This document shows, piece by piece, positions 1 to 8,055 of a DNA stretch of 13,059 nucleotides. Each line of letters starts with the position of its first letter. Within the stretch, counting starts at the first letter, position 1. The DNA is taken from positions 1 through 13,059 of the forward strand of contig JAEOTQ010000008.1 in assembly GCA_016839785.1 (NCBI GenBank), read 5' to 3'. Both the position numbers and the translations under genes were made by a program. The stretch comes from Candidatus Hodarchaeota archaeon (GTDB taxonomy: Archaea > Asgardarchaeota > Heimdallarchaeia > Hodarchaeales > Hodarchaeaceae). Under the pieces are notes generated by a model that was given only the letters and a program-made list of their open reading frames with translations, searched no databases and had not been told where the DNA came from.

Positions 1-340
1 CGATGAGTGGCAGTGTTTAAAACACACTGAGCATGTCAGAAAACCTCCACGCGTATTTATAAAACGAATACTGCTCTATCAACGGGATTTTTCTTCAAAA
101 ATACCCCAGCACTCGTTTACCATCTCATGGTTATCGTCGCCAATCCCCATGGCTTTTCGCTGATGGCAAAATGGATTCATCTTTTCGAGGTCCGTTTCGT
201 GCTTTCTTTTAAAGAAAGCATTCAGCACTTATCGGTTAGCGCGTGGCGGCCGGGCAGTACCCTTCCAGATAATCCGTAGACTAGAGGCACCCATATCCTG
301 TTCCTCTCGTCCTGAGGACACGTTCCTCTCACGAATCCAA
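1..340 (-). pseudogene. Degenerate 23S rRNA 3'-end (domain VI, H94-H101) fragment; longest copy (A) of the interspersed repeat, cut by the left window edge
   Basis: The + strand follows the reverse complement of the 23S 3' end in order: ctctatcaacggg (74-86), cttttcgagg..gtttcgtgct..gcattcagcacttatc (181-233), gcgcgtggcggccgggcag, actagaggcaccc, and tcctgttcctctcgtcctgagga (H95/SRL, archaeal GAGAGGAAC type). H94-like pairing tggattc(172-178)/gaatcca(333-339) is kept. The SRL is mutated (AGUACGAGAGG to AGGACGAGAGG) and similarity stops near 340, so this is not a functional rRNA gene. Confidence 0.8.
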
Positions 341-589
341 AAATATACTAATGCACCTTTAATAACTAAATCAGTAAATTAAACATCTAATTCAAATGAA
401 TTTCTTTGCAGAAATCATTAAATTATCCACTCATGGTTTAGAAAAATATATTTTCCTTTTACATTTAATAAAAGTGTTAATTGATATTATAGTAGTCTTA
501 AATGGTTGAAAATATACTCTAGTAGTATTAATAGACTTATGTACCGAAATACACTTTAAATAGTCTAATAAAAATGATATAACCAAGCT

Positions 590-625
590 ATACAAAGTAT
601 AAATAACACAAAGTATTTATAAGTT
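590..625 (+). promoter_or_regulatory. Putative archaeal promoter (TATA box TTTATAA at 616-622) of the TA-like operon
   Basis: TTTATAA lies about 30 bp upstream of ATG 652, the spacing expected for a leaderless archaeal transcript. It is preceded by the direct repeat acaaagtat (592-600, 608-616). Confidence 0.5.
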
Positions 626-651
626 TACATCATATGTAAAATTGAATGTGA

Positions 652-1689
652 ATGGCAAGTCAATCTACATATAATTCAAGTCAACTATTCAATGATGTAT
701 CACTAGAGATACTATTTGATTTATATCATGCAAAAAAAGCTTTAACAATATATGCGTTTGATAAGAAATACTCTTATCGCCAATATCAGTATATGTTAAA
801 AAAACTTGAATCTAATCTAATAATCAAACCTTATAAGGAAGGAAAGAAGAAGTTTTACAAGTTAAATCACTTTAATAATGAGCTGGTGAGATCAGTGCTA
901 GAAATAAAAAAGTGGGAGGAAACAAATGACCATAACGAATTTCCTCAATCCCTATCAGATGACAAAAGGTTTTTTCGAGTTCTATCCGCTCTGAAAGAAA
1001 CACATGGATGGGCTTTTACTGATACAACAGCATTACTAATATGGGCACCTTTTCTTGATCTTCAATTACCATATTTTACTGTATGTGTTAGAGATCGATA
1101 TCTAAAGAGCAAACTGGAAGAAAACTTCCCACGTTCAGTTCTTAGAGTCCAGTTACAGGCAAAGTTTTTTTCACAGGAATCAAACATCACAGACATAAAA
1201 GGTGTGCCAGTGCTGAAACCAGAAATATTAGTTCCTAGACTTTTATGTGATGAAAATACCCGAGTAAGACTTTCTTCTTTGTTCTTACTTCCATTTTTAT
1301 CACCAAGAAGAGTCCTTAAATATCAAGAAAAGAATACAAAAATATTTCCAAGTATACTGTACTTTTTATTCGCGCTAGAGAATGTACTGAATAGAGATTC
1401 GACGCTTTCTACATTCTCAAGGCAATGGTTTTATAATTTTGACCATTTTGATATGAATCTGTTGTTTTCACACTATCTACAACAGATGGGTAAAAAAAGG
1501 AAGAGCAAACTAAAGCCAACAACTTTTAAGCGGTATGAGCTTTTGAGAATAAAACAACAACTACAGTCAAATCAATGGACTGAATGGGATCGACTGGGGA
1601 TGCTTTTTCCAGACAAAACGGTAAATTTTGAACCAAGTGATCTATTGGAATTAATAATCTCCTCATCTCCCTTGCTAGCAGAGGCCTGA
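652..1689 (+). CDS. Winged-helix transcriptional regulator, AbiEi-like (type IV TA) antitoxin candidate
   Basis: 345-aa ORF. The N-terminal part is wHTH-like (YSYRQYQYMLKKLESNLIIKPYKEGKKKFYKLN). The central GWAFTDTTALLIWAP...FTVCV and IKGVPVLKPEILVPRLL segments resemble the AbiEi C-terminal domain. It lies 3 bp upstream of a nucleotidyltransferase gene. Confidence 0.6.
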   Translation: MASQSTYNSSQLFNDVSLEILFDLYHAKKALTIYAFDKKYSYRQYQYMLKKLESNLIIKPYKEGKKKFYKLNHFNNELVRSVLEIKKWEETNDHNEFPQSLSDDKRFFRVLSALKETHGWAFTDTTALLIWAPFLDLQLPYFTVCVRDRYLKSKLEENFPRSVLRVQLQAKFFSQESNITDIKGVPVLKPEILVPRLLCDENTRVRLSSLFLLPFLSPRRVLKYQEKNTKIFPSILYFLFALENVLNRDSTLSTFSRQWFYNFDHFDMNLLFSHYLQQMGKKRKSKLKPTTFKRYELLRIKQQLQSNQWTEWDRLGMLFPDKTVNFEPSDLLELIISSSPLLAEA

Positions 1690-1692
1690 AAT

Positions 1693-2346
1693 GTGAATCG
1701 TGAATTCCCACGTTACAGAGACTTTCTCACCATTCAAGAAAAACTGGAAGAAAGTTGCCCAGTTCAAGTATTTGCGATTGGTGGAACATTCCTTCAAGGA
1801 TATATCAATACAGTATTCACCAGAGACATTGATATAGTGGTTGCTATCACATCATCAGTATTAAACCCAATCGAAATACTAGATCCTGTTTTAAATGATT
1901 TAGACTTCAAACGTGTGTCAACGCTGATGGATAGTTACTTTCGGTTCGAAAAAAGTGATGGGTTAAAGCTGGACGTTTTTATCAATAAGGTCTTTATGTT
2001 CACAATAACCCCTTCTATATTATCTAGGGCTATAAATAAGAAATTATCACCTGAAGATGTTTTTCTTCTAAAAGCCCAATCAACTCGTGGATTGGATAAA
2101 GAATTTACAGATTTAAAACAGATAATCTCAAATATAACTAGAGGAAAGTTCGATTATCAAATCATTGTTGAAGAAATTACCTATCAGCTAAAAAACACTA
2201 TTACTCTCAATCCTCAAAACCTTATCAGATTATTAAAAATACTCGAAGCAATTGAACAATTGAATGAAATATTCCCAGATGAGGTACCATACGTTTTCCT
2301 CAATGAGATTGAGAGGATTTATTCTCTTCACGGAATTTTTGAATAG
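1693..2346 (+). CDS. DNA pol beta-superfamily nucleotidyltransferase, AbiEii-like toxin candidate
   Basis: 217-aa ORF with GTG start. It carries the motif VFAIGG...TRDIDIVV and a later KLDVF acidic residue, plus PEDVFLLK and TDL segments typical of AbiEii-type NTases. It is tightly coupled to the upstream wHTH gene. Confidence 0.7.
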   Translation: MNREFPRYRDFLTIQEKLEESCPVQVFAIGGTFLQGYINTVFTRDIDIVVAITSSVLNPIEILDPVLNDLDFKRVSTLMDSYFRFEKSDGLKLDVFINKVFMFTITPSILSRAINKKLSPEDVFLLKAQSTRGLDKEFTDLKQIISNITRGKFDYQIIVEEITYQLKNTITLNPQNLIRLLKILEAIEQLNEIFPDEVPYVFLNEIERIYSLHGIFE

Positions 2347-2400
2347 AGACTTTAGTAAGATGAGAAACTCACACGAAAAACGAGGGTACTAATAAAAAAA

Positions 2401-2498
2401 ACCATAAGAAAGAAGACCAGACCTCTCATCAAACACATTTTACGACTCCTGAAGGCTATTTCTTTGAGAAAACGAGAGGACTGAAAATTTCCATATGG
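2401..2498 (-). repeat. Interspersed repeat copy B (3' module only, most truncated)
   Basis: gactcctgaaggctatt-tctttgaga-aaacgagaggactgaaaatttcca matches copies C, D, F and G. It ends about 10 bp from the stop codon of ORF 2509-4275. Confidence 0.9.
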
Positions 2499-2508
2499 TC
2501 TAGAGATT

Positions 2509-4275
2509 TTAGACATTCAATACGATAAGGGCTTTTGGTCGACCTCGTTTACTCCGTTTCGGACGCTGGTAAAGGACAGAAAGGTACGGGGAAGTAATTT
2601 TTTGAATCGAGGTGATAACTGAGGAAAGACGGGGACGGAGAAGACGATTACGTAAATAGAACTTCGCTTTCTGATTACCTAAATAACGTTCTTTCTGGAC
2701 CCAGAGATCTAGCACTTCTTCTCGGGTGAAAGTAACTTTTTTCGATTGAGCATAAGCGGTCTGCAAAAGGTCTTTTATGATAATGAGATCACTAGGGGCA
2801 ATATGTGGTACCTTTGGTGGATCAGTTTCAGGGGATGTTATCTCTATTCTTTCTAAATTCAATTTAACAAGTTTTTTGTACAGATTAAGCAGTCCGTTCT
2901 TATCAGATGGATGAGATTCAAAATACAAACAATCTAAATCATCTGCCAACTGCTGACCCTGCTCAGTAGTCACTTCTTCCGAATCAGTAATAACGCCAAG
3001 TATTGCAATAGGTTTCTCTACACCTTGGACTTCCCGATAATCTTGATACCAATATTGAACAGTATCAAACGAGGCCCGATCACCTTTATCAAAGATAATA
3101 ATACACCCACTTGAGCCTTCATAATAAAAACGGCGTAACTTCCCAAAATACTCCTGGCCTGCCGTGGTATGCAAGATGAGCTTCACTTCTTGATCGTTAA
3201 CCGTAATCACCTTAGATGCAATGTCAACGCCAATTGTTGGCATATAGTTCATCGAAAAAGCCCCTTCAGCCGTGTTACGAACAAGTTGACAAATCATGTT
3301 TGTAATTCTCCCAGAAATACAAACCTTGAGCACATAGCGGTCTTTCAAACGGGCCCTGGATAAAGAAGGCACCTGAGATTGTGGAACGTCTGATCTATGA
3401 AGATGCCTGTGAATCTCTTTCTTCTTCCTCTTCTGAGTGTTTAATTCAAATTGTACGGGAGAATGTTGAACCCGATTATCTGATAATCCAAGAATTTCCA
3501 GATTAGAAAGGTTTTGGAGACTTGTGGGAGGAGAAGTTAGCGTTATATTGCCCTTCAAGAATAACCTACGGAGGTGAACTAATGAACCAAGGGAAGCTGG
3601 AAGGGAAGTAAGAGAATTATATTCCAAGGATAATTCTCTTAAATTCTTAAGGTTACCAAGGGAGTCTGGAAGTGTAACAAGCTTATTGTGACGACACCAT
3701 AACTCCTGAAGATTTTTTAACCTGCCTAGTTTTTCAGGAAGTAAGCGTAAATGGTTGTAATCTAGATCTAAGACCTTAAGGTTCAAAAGGTCCCCGAAAG
3801 AATCAGGTAAGGAAGTAAGCTGACAACGCTGTAGTTTTAAGACTTCTAAATACTTAAAGACACTAATAATCGGGGGTAAAGAACCAATATTATGCCCAAT
3901 TAATGTTAATCGCAATAAATGTTGATCTTTAATTTCTAGATTTCTAATCTTGGAATTAAGTGGAAATTCTAATTGAGAACCCAGTTCTAGTAACGCTGTG
4001 GCTTCACTAGGAATGAGAAACGAACGAAGCCAATAATTTTGGAGATACTTTGGGTGAATTTCCAACCGTTTGCATTCTTTTCCTAGAAGAAAATCGAACT
4101 GTTTTATGAATTGATAGTGGCCGGTTGAAAGTAACTCTCCGATCAATTTCTCAGAAATTGCTTCTTTAAGCTGAAAATAATTTGAAAATTCCTTAATACT
4201 TAGTGATAAGTGGCCTCCTGAATTGTTAAACTCTTGGTGTATATGTTTTAAGAGATCTGCGTGTGAAATCTCCAA
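2509..4275 (-). CDS. LRR + degenerate Rab-like GTPase fusion with putative terminal winged-helix domains
   Basis: 588 aa, TTG start with SD-like GAGGG. About 7 LRRs of 23 aa (LxxLxLxxNxLxxLPxSLG). A Rab-like domain (~3336-2860) has YMPTIGVDI and TTAGQEYFGKLRRFYYEG but no GxxxxGK[ST] or NKxD. The C-terminus is basic and ends KRGRPK. Confidence 0.85.
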   Translation of the reverse strand: MEISHADLLKHIHQEFNNSGGHLSLSIKEFSNYFQLKEAISEKLIGELLSTGHYQFIKQFDFLLGKECKRLEIHPKYLQNYWLRSFLIPSEATALLELGSQLEFPLNSKIRNLEIKDQHLLRLTLIGHNIGSLPPIISVFKYLEVLKLQRCQLTSLPDSFGDLLNLKVLDLDYNHLRLLPEKLGRLKNLQELWCRHNKLVTLPDSLGNLKNLRELSLEYNSLTSLPASLGSLVHLRRLFLKGNITLTSPPTSLQNLSNLEILGLSDNRVQHSPVQFELNTQKRKKKEIHRHLHRSDVPQSQVPSLSRARLKDRYVLKVCISGRITNMICQLVRNTAEGAFSMNYMPTIGVDIASKVITVNDQEVKLILHTTAGQEYFGKLRRFYYEGSSGCIIIFDKGDRASFDTVQYWYQDYREVQGVEKPIAILGVITDSEEVTTEQGQQLADDLDCLYFESHPSDKNGLLNLYKKLVKLNLERIEITSPETDPPKVPHIAPSDLIIIKDLLQTAYAQSKKVTFTREEVLDLWVQKERYLGNQKAKFYLRNRLLRPRLSSVITSIQKITSPYLSVLYQRPKRSKRGRPKALIVLNV

Positions 4276-4470
4276 GTTTTACCCTCTTTCAACCCTGATG
4301 GGAAAGGAATCTGTCTTATTACTATGAAATATCACAACGTTCCGACAAAATTTTTCTTGTGGTCAATGATTTACTAGAGTGACACTTCTTAGTTAAGGAG
4401 TTAACTAGAGAAAGTCTTCGCAAGTTAATGGATAAAAAGTGGGATTCAAAACGAACCAGAACTAAAAGAA

Positions 4471-4721
4471 GTGACCATCAGACATAAGATCAGAAGACTT
4501 ACCACATATACTCTATTTGACTCCTGAAGGCTATCTTACGAGAGGACTGACAATTTTCACCTTGTTTAGAAACAATAGCCCGTGAGCGAGGAGTGGTAGT
4601 GTTTAAAACACACCGAGTATGTCGGAAAACCACCACGTGTATTTCTAGTAAGAAAACTGCTCTATCAACGGGATATTTTTTAAGAAAGATCCCAGCACTC
4701 GGTTACCATCACATGGTTACC
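4471..4721 (-). repeat. Interspersed repeat copy C (3' module plus ~145 nt of 23S-like sequence)
   Basis: 4587-4719 aligns closely with 1-133 (gtgtttaaaacacac, atgtc.gaaaacc, actgctctatcaacgggat, cccagcactcg.ttaccatc.catggtta). 4471-4586 aligns with copies B, D, F and G. Confidence 0.95.
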
Positions 4722-4743
4722 AGATAACTAAACCACCTCTCAT

Positions 4744-5769
4744 CTAAATTTGTTTAATTCTAAGATGTAAGATTAGATTCTCCAGTAAGGAAGAAACCGA
4801 TAAATTAGGGATCTTACTTAAGTAAAAGCGAAGATATTCACCTTCCTGCGTTTCATAGATAAGAGGGGCAAGTCTAAACGGTTCTAGAGAACGATGAAAG
4901 ACTTCCTTGGACTGTGTTTGAACAAGCCAGTCATCGCAAGAGTCTTCATAACATTGATACCCCAGATCGAAAGTTACATGAGAAAAACCATACTCCTTCA
5001 TCCGTCGGACAAGACTCAACCCAGCTAATAATTCATGAAGCTGAAGGTCAGGGGGGATGGTTTTTAGGGTGGTCTGTAGTTCTTGGAGGGAGAGACCACT
5101 ATAAATTCTAGCACAGGGATTTAATAATGAATTTTCCGTTAGATCGAGGGTTTTTAGAGTTGGAAGGTCACCTACAACCCTCGGGATAAGCGAGAAATTA
5201 TTGTTCGCTAAAACAATACATTCGATATTGGGAAGCTGACTAAGAGTGAGGGGGAGGGTAGAAAGGCGGTTTTTCCATAATTCTAGCTCTCTTAAATTAG
5301 AGAGCTGCCCAAGCGAGTCAGGTAAGTAGTCTAACTGGTTATCGTTAAGAGCAAGGCTCGTAAGCGTCCTAAGGTGGGTAAGGGAATCAGGAAGAGAAGG
5401 GAAATTATTCGAGGATAATTTAAGCACTTCGAGTTGGGTTAGCTGACTAAAGGAATCAGGAAGGGTAGAAAGCTGATTATTATCCAATAAAAGAACCTTG
5501 AGTTTTCCAAGACATCCAATACTTGGAGGTAGTGTGGAGAGAAAATTCGAACTCAGATCTAACCATTCCAGCTCCGAAAATACCTCAAAGAAATTGGGAT
5601 GTAGTTCTAAACGGTTTTTAGATAAATTAAGTCGCTTTAAGTTAATGAAAGTTGTTATAATTTCAGGGATTGAGGTTAATTTTTCTCCCTCAAAGGAGAG
5701 CTGAACCACGCGTCCTTCCTGATCGACTCCTATTCTTCCCACCTTGAGCTGTTCTTCGTGAATCTCCAA
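4744..5769 (-). CDS. Leucine-rich repeat protein
   Basis: 341 aa, TTG start with GGAG about 10 nt upstream. About 8 canonical 23-aa LRRs (e.g. LKVLLLDNNQLSTLPDSFSQLTQ) followed by a C-terminal domain of unknown function. Confidence 0.9.
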   Translation of the reverse strand: MEIHEEQLKVGRIGVDQEGRVVQLSFEGEKLTSIPEIITTFINLKRLNLSKNRLELHPNFFEVFSELEWLDLSSNFLSTLPPSIGCLGKLKVLLLDNNQLSTLPDSFSQLTQLEVLKLSSNNFPSLPDSLTHLRTLTSLALNDNQLDYLPDSLGQLSNLRELELWKNRLSTLPLTLSQLPNIECIVLANNNFSLIPRVVGDLPTLKTLDLTENSLLNPCARIYSGLSLQELQTTLKTIPPDLQLHELLAGLSLVRRMKEYGFSHVTFDLGYQCYEDSCDDWLVQTQSKEVFHRSLEPFRLAPLIYETQEGEYLRFYLSKIPNLSVSSLLENLILHLRIKQI

Positions 5770-5795
5770 TTGTGGTATACTCCATTTATAACTTG

Positions 5796-6875
5796 CTATT
5801 CCGCATAGCCATCCTCAATAACCTTTCTAGACAGATATGTAAAAATTTCAAACGCTTGGTGCAGATCAGTGGGTTTGGACTCGAAATACTTCATGTTAAG
5901 TTGAGTGGCAAGCGCTTGGCATTCCTCAAAAGAGAGTGTTTCAGAATTCTCTTCACAGTGAGTAATTAGGCCAACTAATGCAATGGGGACATCAGGTTGG
6001 ATATACGTCTGAAATTCTTTTAGCCAGTACGGAACAGCATTGAAGGTTTGACGAGAACACTTGTCAAACAAGATTGAGGCAGCACTAGCCCCCCGATAAT
6101 AAGAGGGACGGAGTTTCCCAAAAAATTCTTGTCCTGCTGTATCAACTACGATTAATTTAACTGGAATCTCTCCTACGTTAATTTTCCTAGATCGAATATC
6201 GACTCCTAGGGTAGGCATATTATCCTGTGGGTTCTTGTATCCTACAAAAGAGTGAATAAATTTGGATTTAAGTTGAGAAACACTTCCGATGACACATATC
6301 TTAAGTAAATACGCTTGGTCGTCAAAGGAGTCCTTTCGAAGCTTCTGGATAAAGATATCACTTAATTTATCTAAGAGTGATGAATTGACAATAGAAGTTT
6401 CAAAAAGCTCTAATTTAAGATTCGCTGCAGTTTCCCGAACCATCTGTGGACTCATATAGCCAGCTTCATTCTTAATACCAAGCAGGATCACAGGAAGCGA
6501 TTTTGAAGTAAAAACCCTGAGCTCTTTCAGCCAATCCTTTAGATCCTTCACTGACTCAAGATATTCGTAATCCCATACTGAAATTGCTCCCGCAGCCTCA
6601 TGATAGAATGCCCCTTTTTTTTCACTTCCCTCTTCCGAAATATCAATAGCTAAATCAGAATACGTGAAATTAAAAGTAAAATGAAATCTTCTATACGCTA
6701 CCTCGTGAATCTCAGATATAGCTTCTTGACTCTGAAATTCTGTACTGTCATTGAGAGGACTTTCTAGTTCTGGTTGAAGAAGCTTTGCCACTAGTTCACT
6801 TGGAGTGCCAATAATGACAATCTTGTAAATATCAGCGTCGTTCCCTTGGTCAGGCATGATCAGTTCTTCTTCCAC
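5796..6875 (-). CDS. Tandem two-domain Rab/Ras-like small GTPase, P-loops degenerate
   Basis: 359 aa. Domain 1: YKIVIIG...FYHEAAGAISVWD...PVILLGIK...LFETS. Domain 2: LKICVIG...NMPTLGVDI...VDTAGQEFFGKLRPSYYRGASAASILFD...YFES. Neither has an intact GxxxxGK[ST]. Confidence 0.85.
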   Translation of the reverse strand: MEEELIMPDQGNDADIYKIVIIGTPSELVAKLLQPELESPLNDSTEFQSQEAISEIHEVAYRRFHFTFNFTYSDLAIDISEEGSEKKGAFYHEAAGAISVWDYEYLESVKDLKDWLKELRVFTSKSLPVILLGIKNEAGYMSPQMVRETAANLKLELFETSIVNSSLLDKLSDIFIQKLRKDSFDDQAYLLKICVIGSVSQLKSKFIHSFVGYKNPQDNMPTLGVDIRSRKINVGEIPVKLIVVDTAGQEFFGKLRPSYYRGASAASILFDKCSRQTFNAVPYWLKEFQTYIQPDVPIALVGLITHCEENSETLSFEECQALATQLNMKYFESKPTDLHQAFEIFTYLSRKVIEDGYAE

Positions 6876-7064
6876 TCTTGGTTATTAATTCCAGGACATA
6901 TCTGTAAGAAGATTTTTCGTTCAGTAAATCTCCCGACAAAAATCAACCAAAGATCAATAATAGGAATATCTTGGATTGTTCACAATTAAGGAGTTATCTA
7001 GAGAATCTATTCGAGAAAGAATTCACAAAAAGATAAAATTACAGAGAAATTAAGGGAAAAATAA

Positions 7065-7198
7065 GTGACCACCAGACATAAGACCAGAAAACTCACGAAC
7101 ACACACTATTAGACTCCTTAAGGCTATTATTTCTAAATAAACGAGAGGCCTGAAAATTTCCACACGGAAATTCAAAAATAGCCCGTGTGCGATGAGTG
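7065..7198 (-). repeat. Interspersed repeat copy D
   Basis: gtgacca.cagacataagaccagaa..ctca..cacactatt.gactcct.aaggctatt-atttctaaat-aaacgagaggcctgaaaatttccac..aatagcccgtgtgcgatgagtg matches the other copies. Confidence 0.95.
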
Positions 7199-7395
7199 AC
7201 TGGCTGCTCCGCTTTTATTCAAGACCTCTCTACTTAATGTTTATTTTGGTGAAAGGGAAAAAATAAGAATTTAAGATTGAGAGTCTCGTGTAGATGTGGT
7301 GGATATATTTAACCAGCTGAATTTCTTTCAAAATGGGTTTATGACCCATTCACTTCTTTTTCCATCCTTATCTTGATAGATAGCTTCTTGAATAA

Positions 7396-7671
7396 CTAGT
7401 TCTTCATAGATTCGAATTCTGTCTTACGATATGTCATCACCCAAAAATACATCGCAAGGATGACGAGCATAACAACACAAAAAATTATAAATCCTAGTAG
7501 AAGACCCTGTGTCTGATTTATGTCGTTAATAATTATTCCAAAACCCAGAGTTACCAGTAGTACCGCAATCACACCAACTATCTTTAGAATTGGTGGGAGA
7601 GGCGCAAGAATTCCTACCAAGCTTAATATGATTTTGACAAACCAGTTTTCCTTTGAAGGTGTCTCATTCAT
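7396..7671 (-). CDS. Small membrane protein with 2-3 TM helices, function unknown
   Basis: 91 aa. ATG is preceded by a strong SD (GAGGTGA). Hydrophobic segments IVGVIAVLLVTLGFGIII and GLLLGFIIFCVVMLVILAMYFWV. It is the only credible ORF between repeats D and E. Confidence 0.7.
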   Translation of the reverse strand: MNETPSKENWFVKIILSLVGILAPLPPILKIVGVIAVLLVTLGFGIIINDINQTQGLLLGFIIFCVVMLVILAMYFWVMTYRKTEFESMKN

Positions 7672-7859
7672 ATTATCACCTCATTTTCGAGTTGAAACAT
7701 TACTGTAGTTTTAACAGATTGTATTTTGTATTTGCTTAGTTTTTTGCAACAATTTCTCACAAAATTAAAGCAAATTTTTTAGGAGAGGTTGTTATTTTTA
7801 AGATTTACTAAGTAAGATTTTTCATTTCAAATAATCGGACACAATTGCAGAGTACTAAA

Positions 7860-8055
7860 GACCATTATACTCAAGTTACTCACTCTTTTACGCTTCCTGG
7901 AAGCTATTTCTCCTATAACACGAGAAGATTGACCCTTTCCACTTTTCTAAATAGAAGTAGCCCGTGTGCGATTAGTGATAGTGTCTAATGCACACTGAGC
8001 ATGTCGGAAAACCACTACGCGTATTTTCTTATAGAAGACTGTTCTATCAACGGGA
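7860..8055 (-). repeat. Interspersed repeat copy E (more diverged 3' module plus ~95 nt of 23S-like sequence)
   Basis: aagctattt..acgagaagattgaccctttccac..tagcccgtgtgcgattagtg..cacactgagcatgtcggaaaaccactacgcgtattt..actgttctatcaacggga aligns with copies A and C. Confidence 0.92.

Noticed and set aside
1-340. Functional 23S rRNA gene
   Set aside because: Only domain VI is present, the SRL is mutated, AT-rich insertions interrupt conserved motifs, and upstream similarity is lost after ~340.
1680-1691. agaggcctgaaa resembling the repeat core
   Set aside because: It is a short match at the end of a CDS with no flanking similarity and is likely chance.
2509-4275. Roco (LRR-Roc-COR) protein
   Set aside because: The region after the GTPase-like domain is only ~110 aa with no recognisable COR, and the G domain is Rab-like and degenerate.
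4530-4580. Hammerhead ribozyme or 5S rRNA in the repeat core
   Set aside because: CTGA is followed by CAA/AAA rather than NGA, the stems and GAAA are not arranged as required, and no 5S motifs were recognised on either strand.
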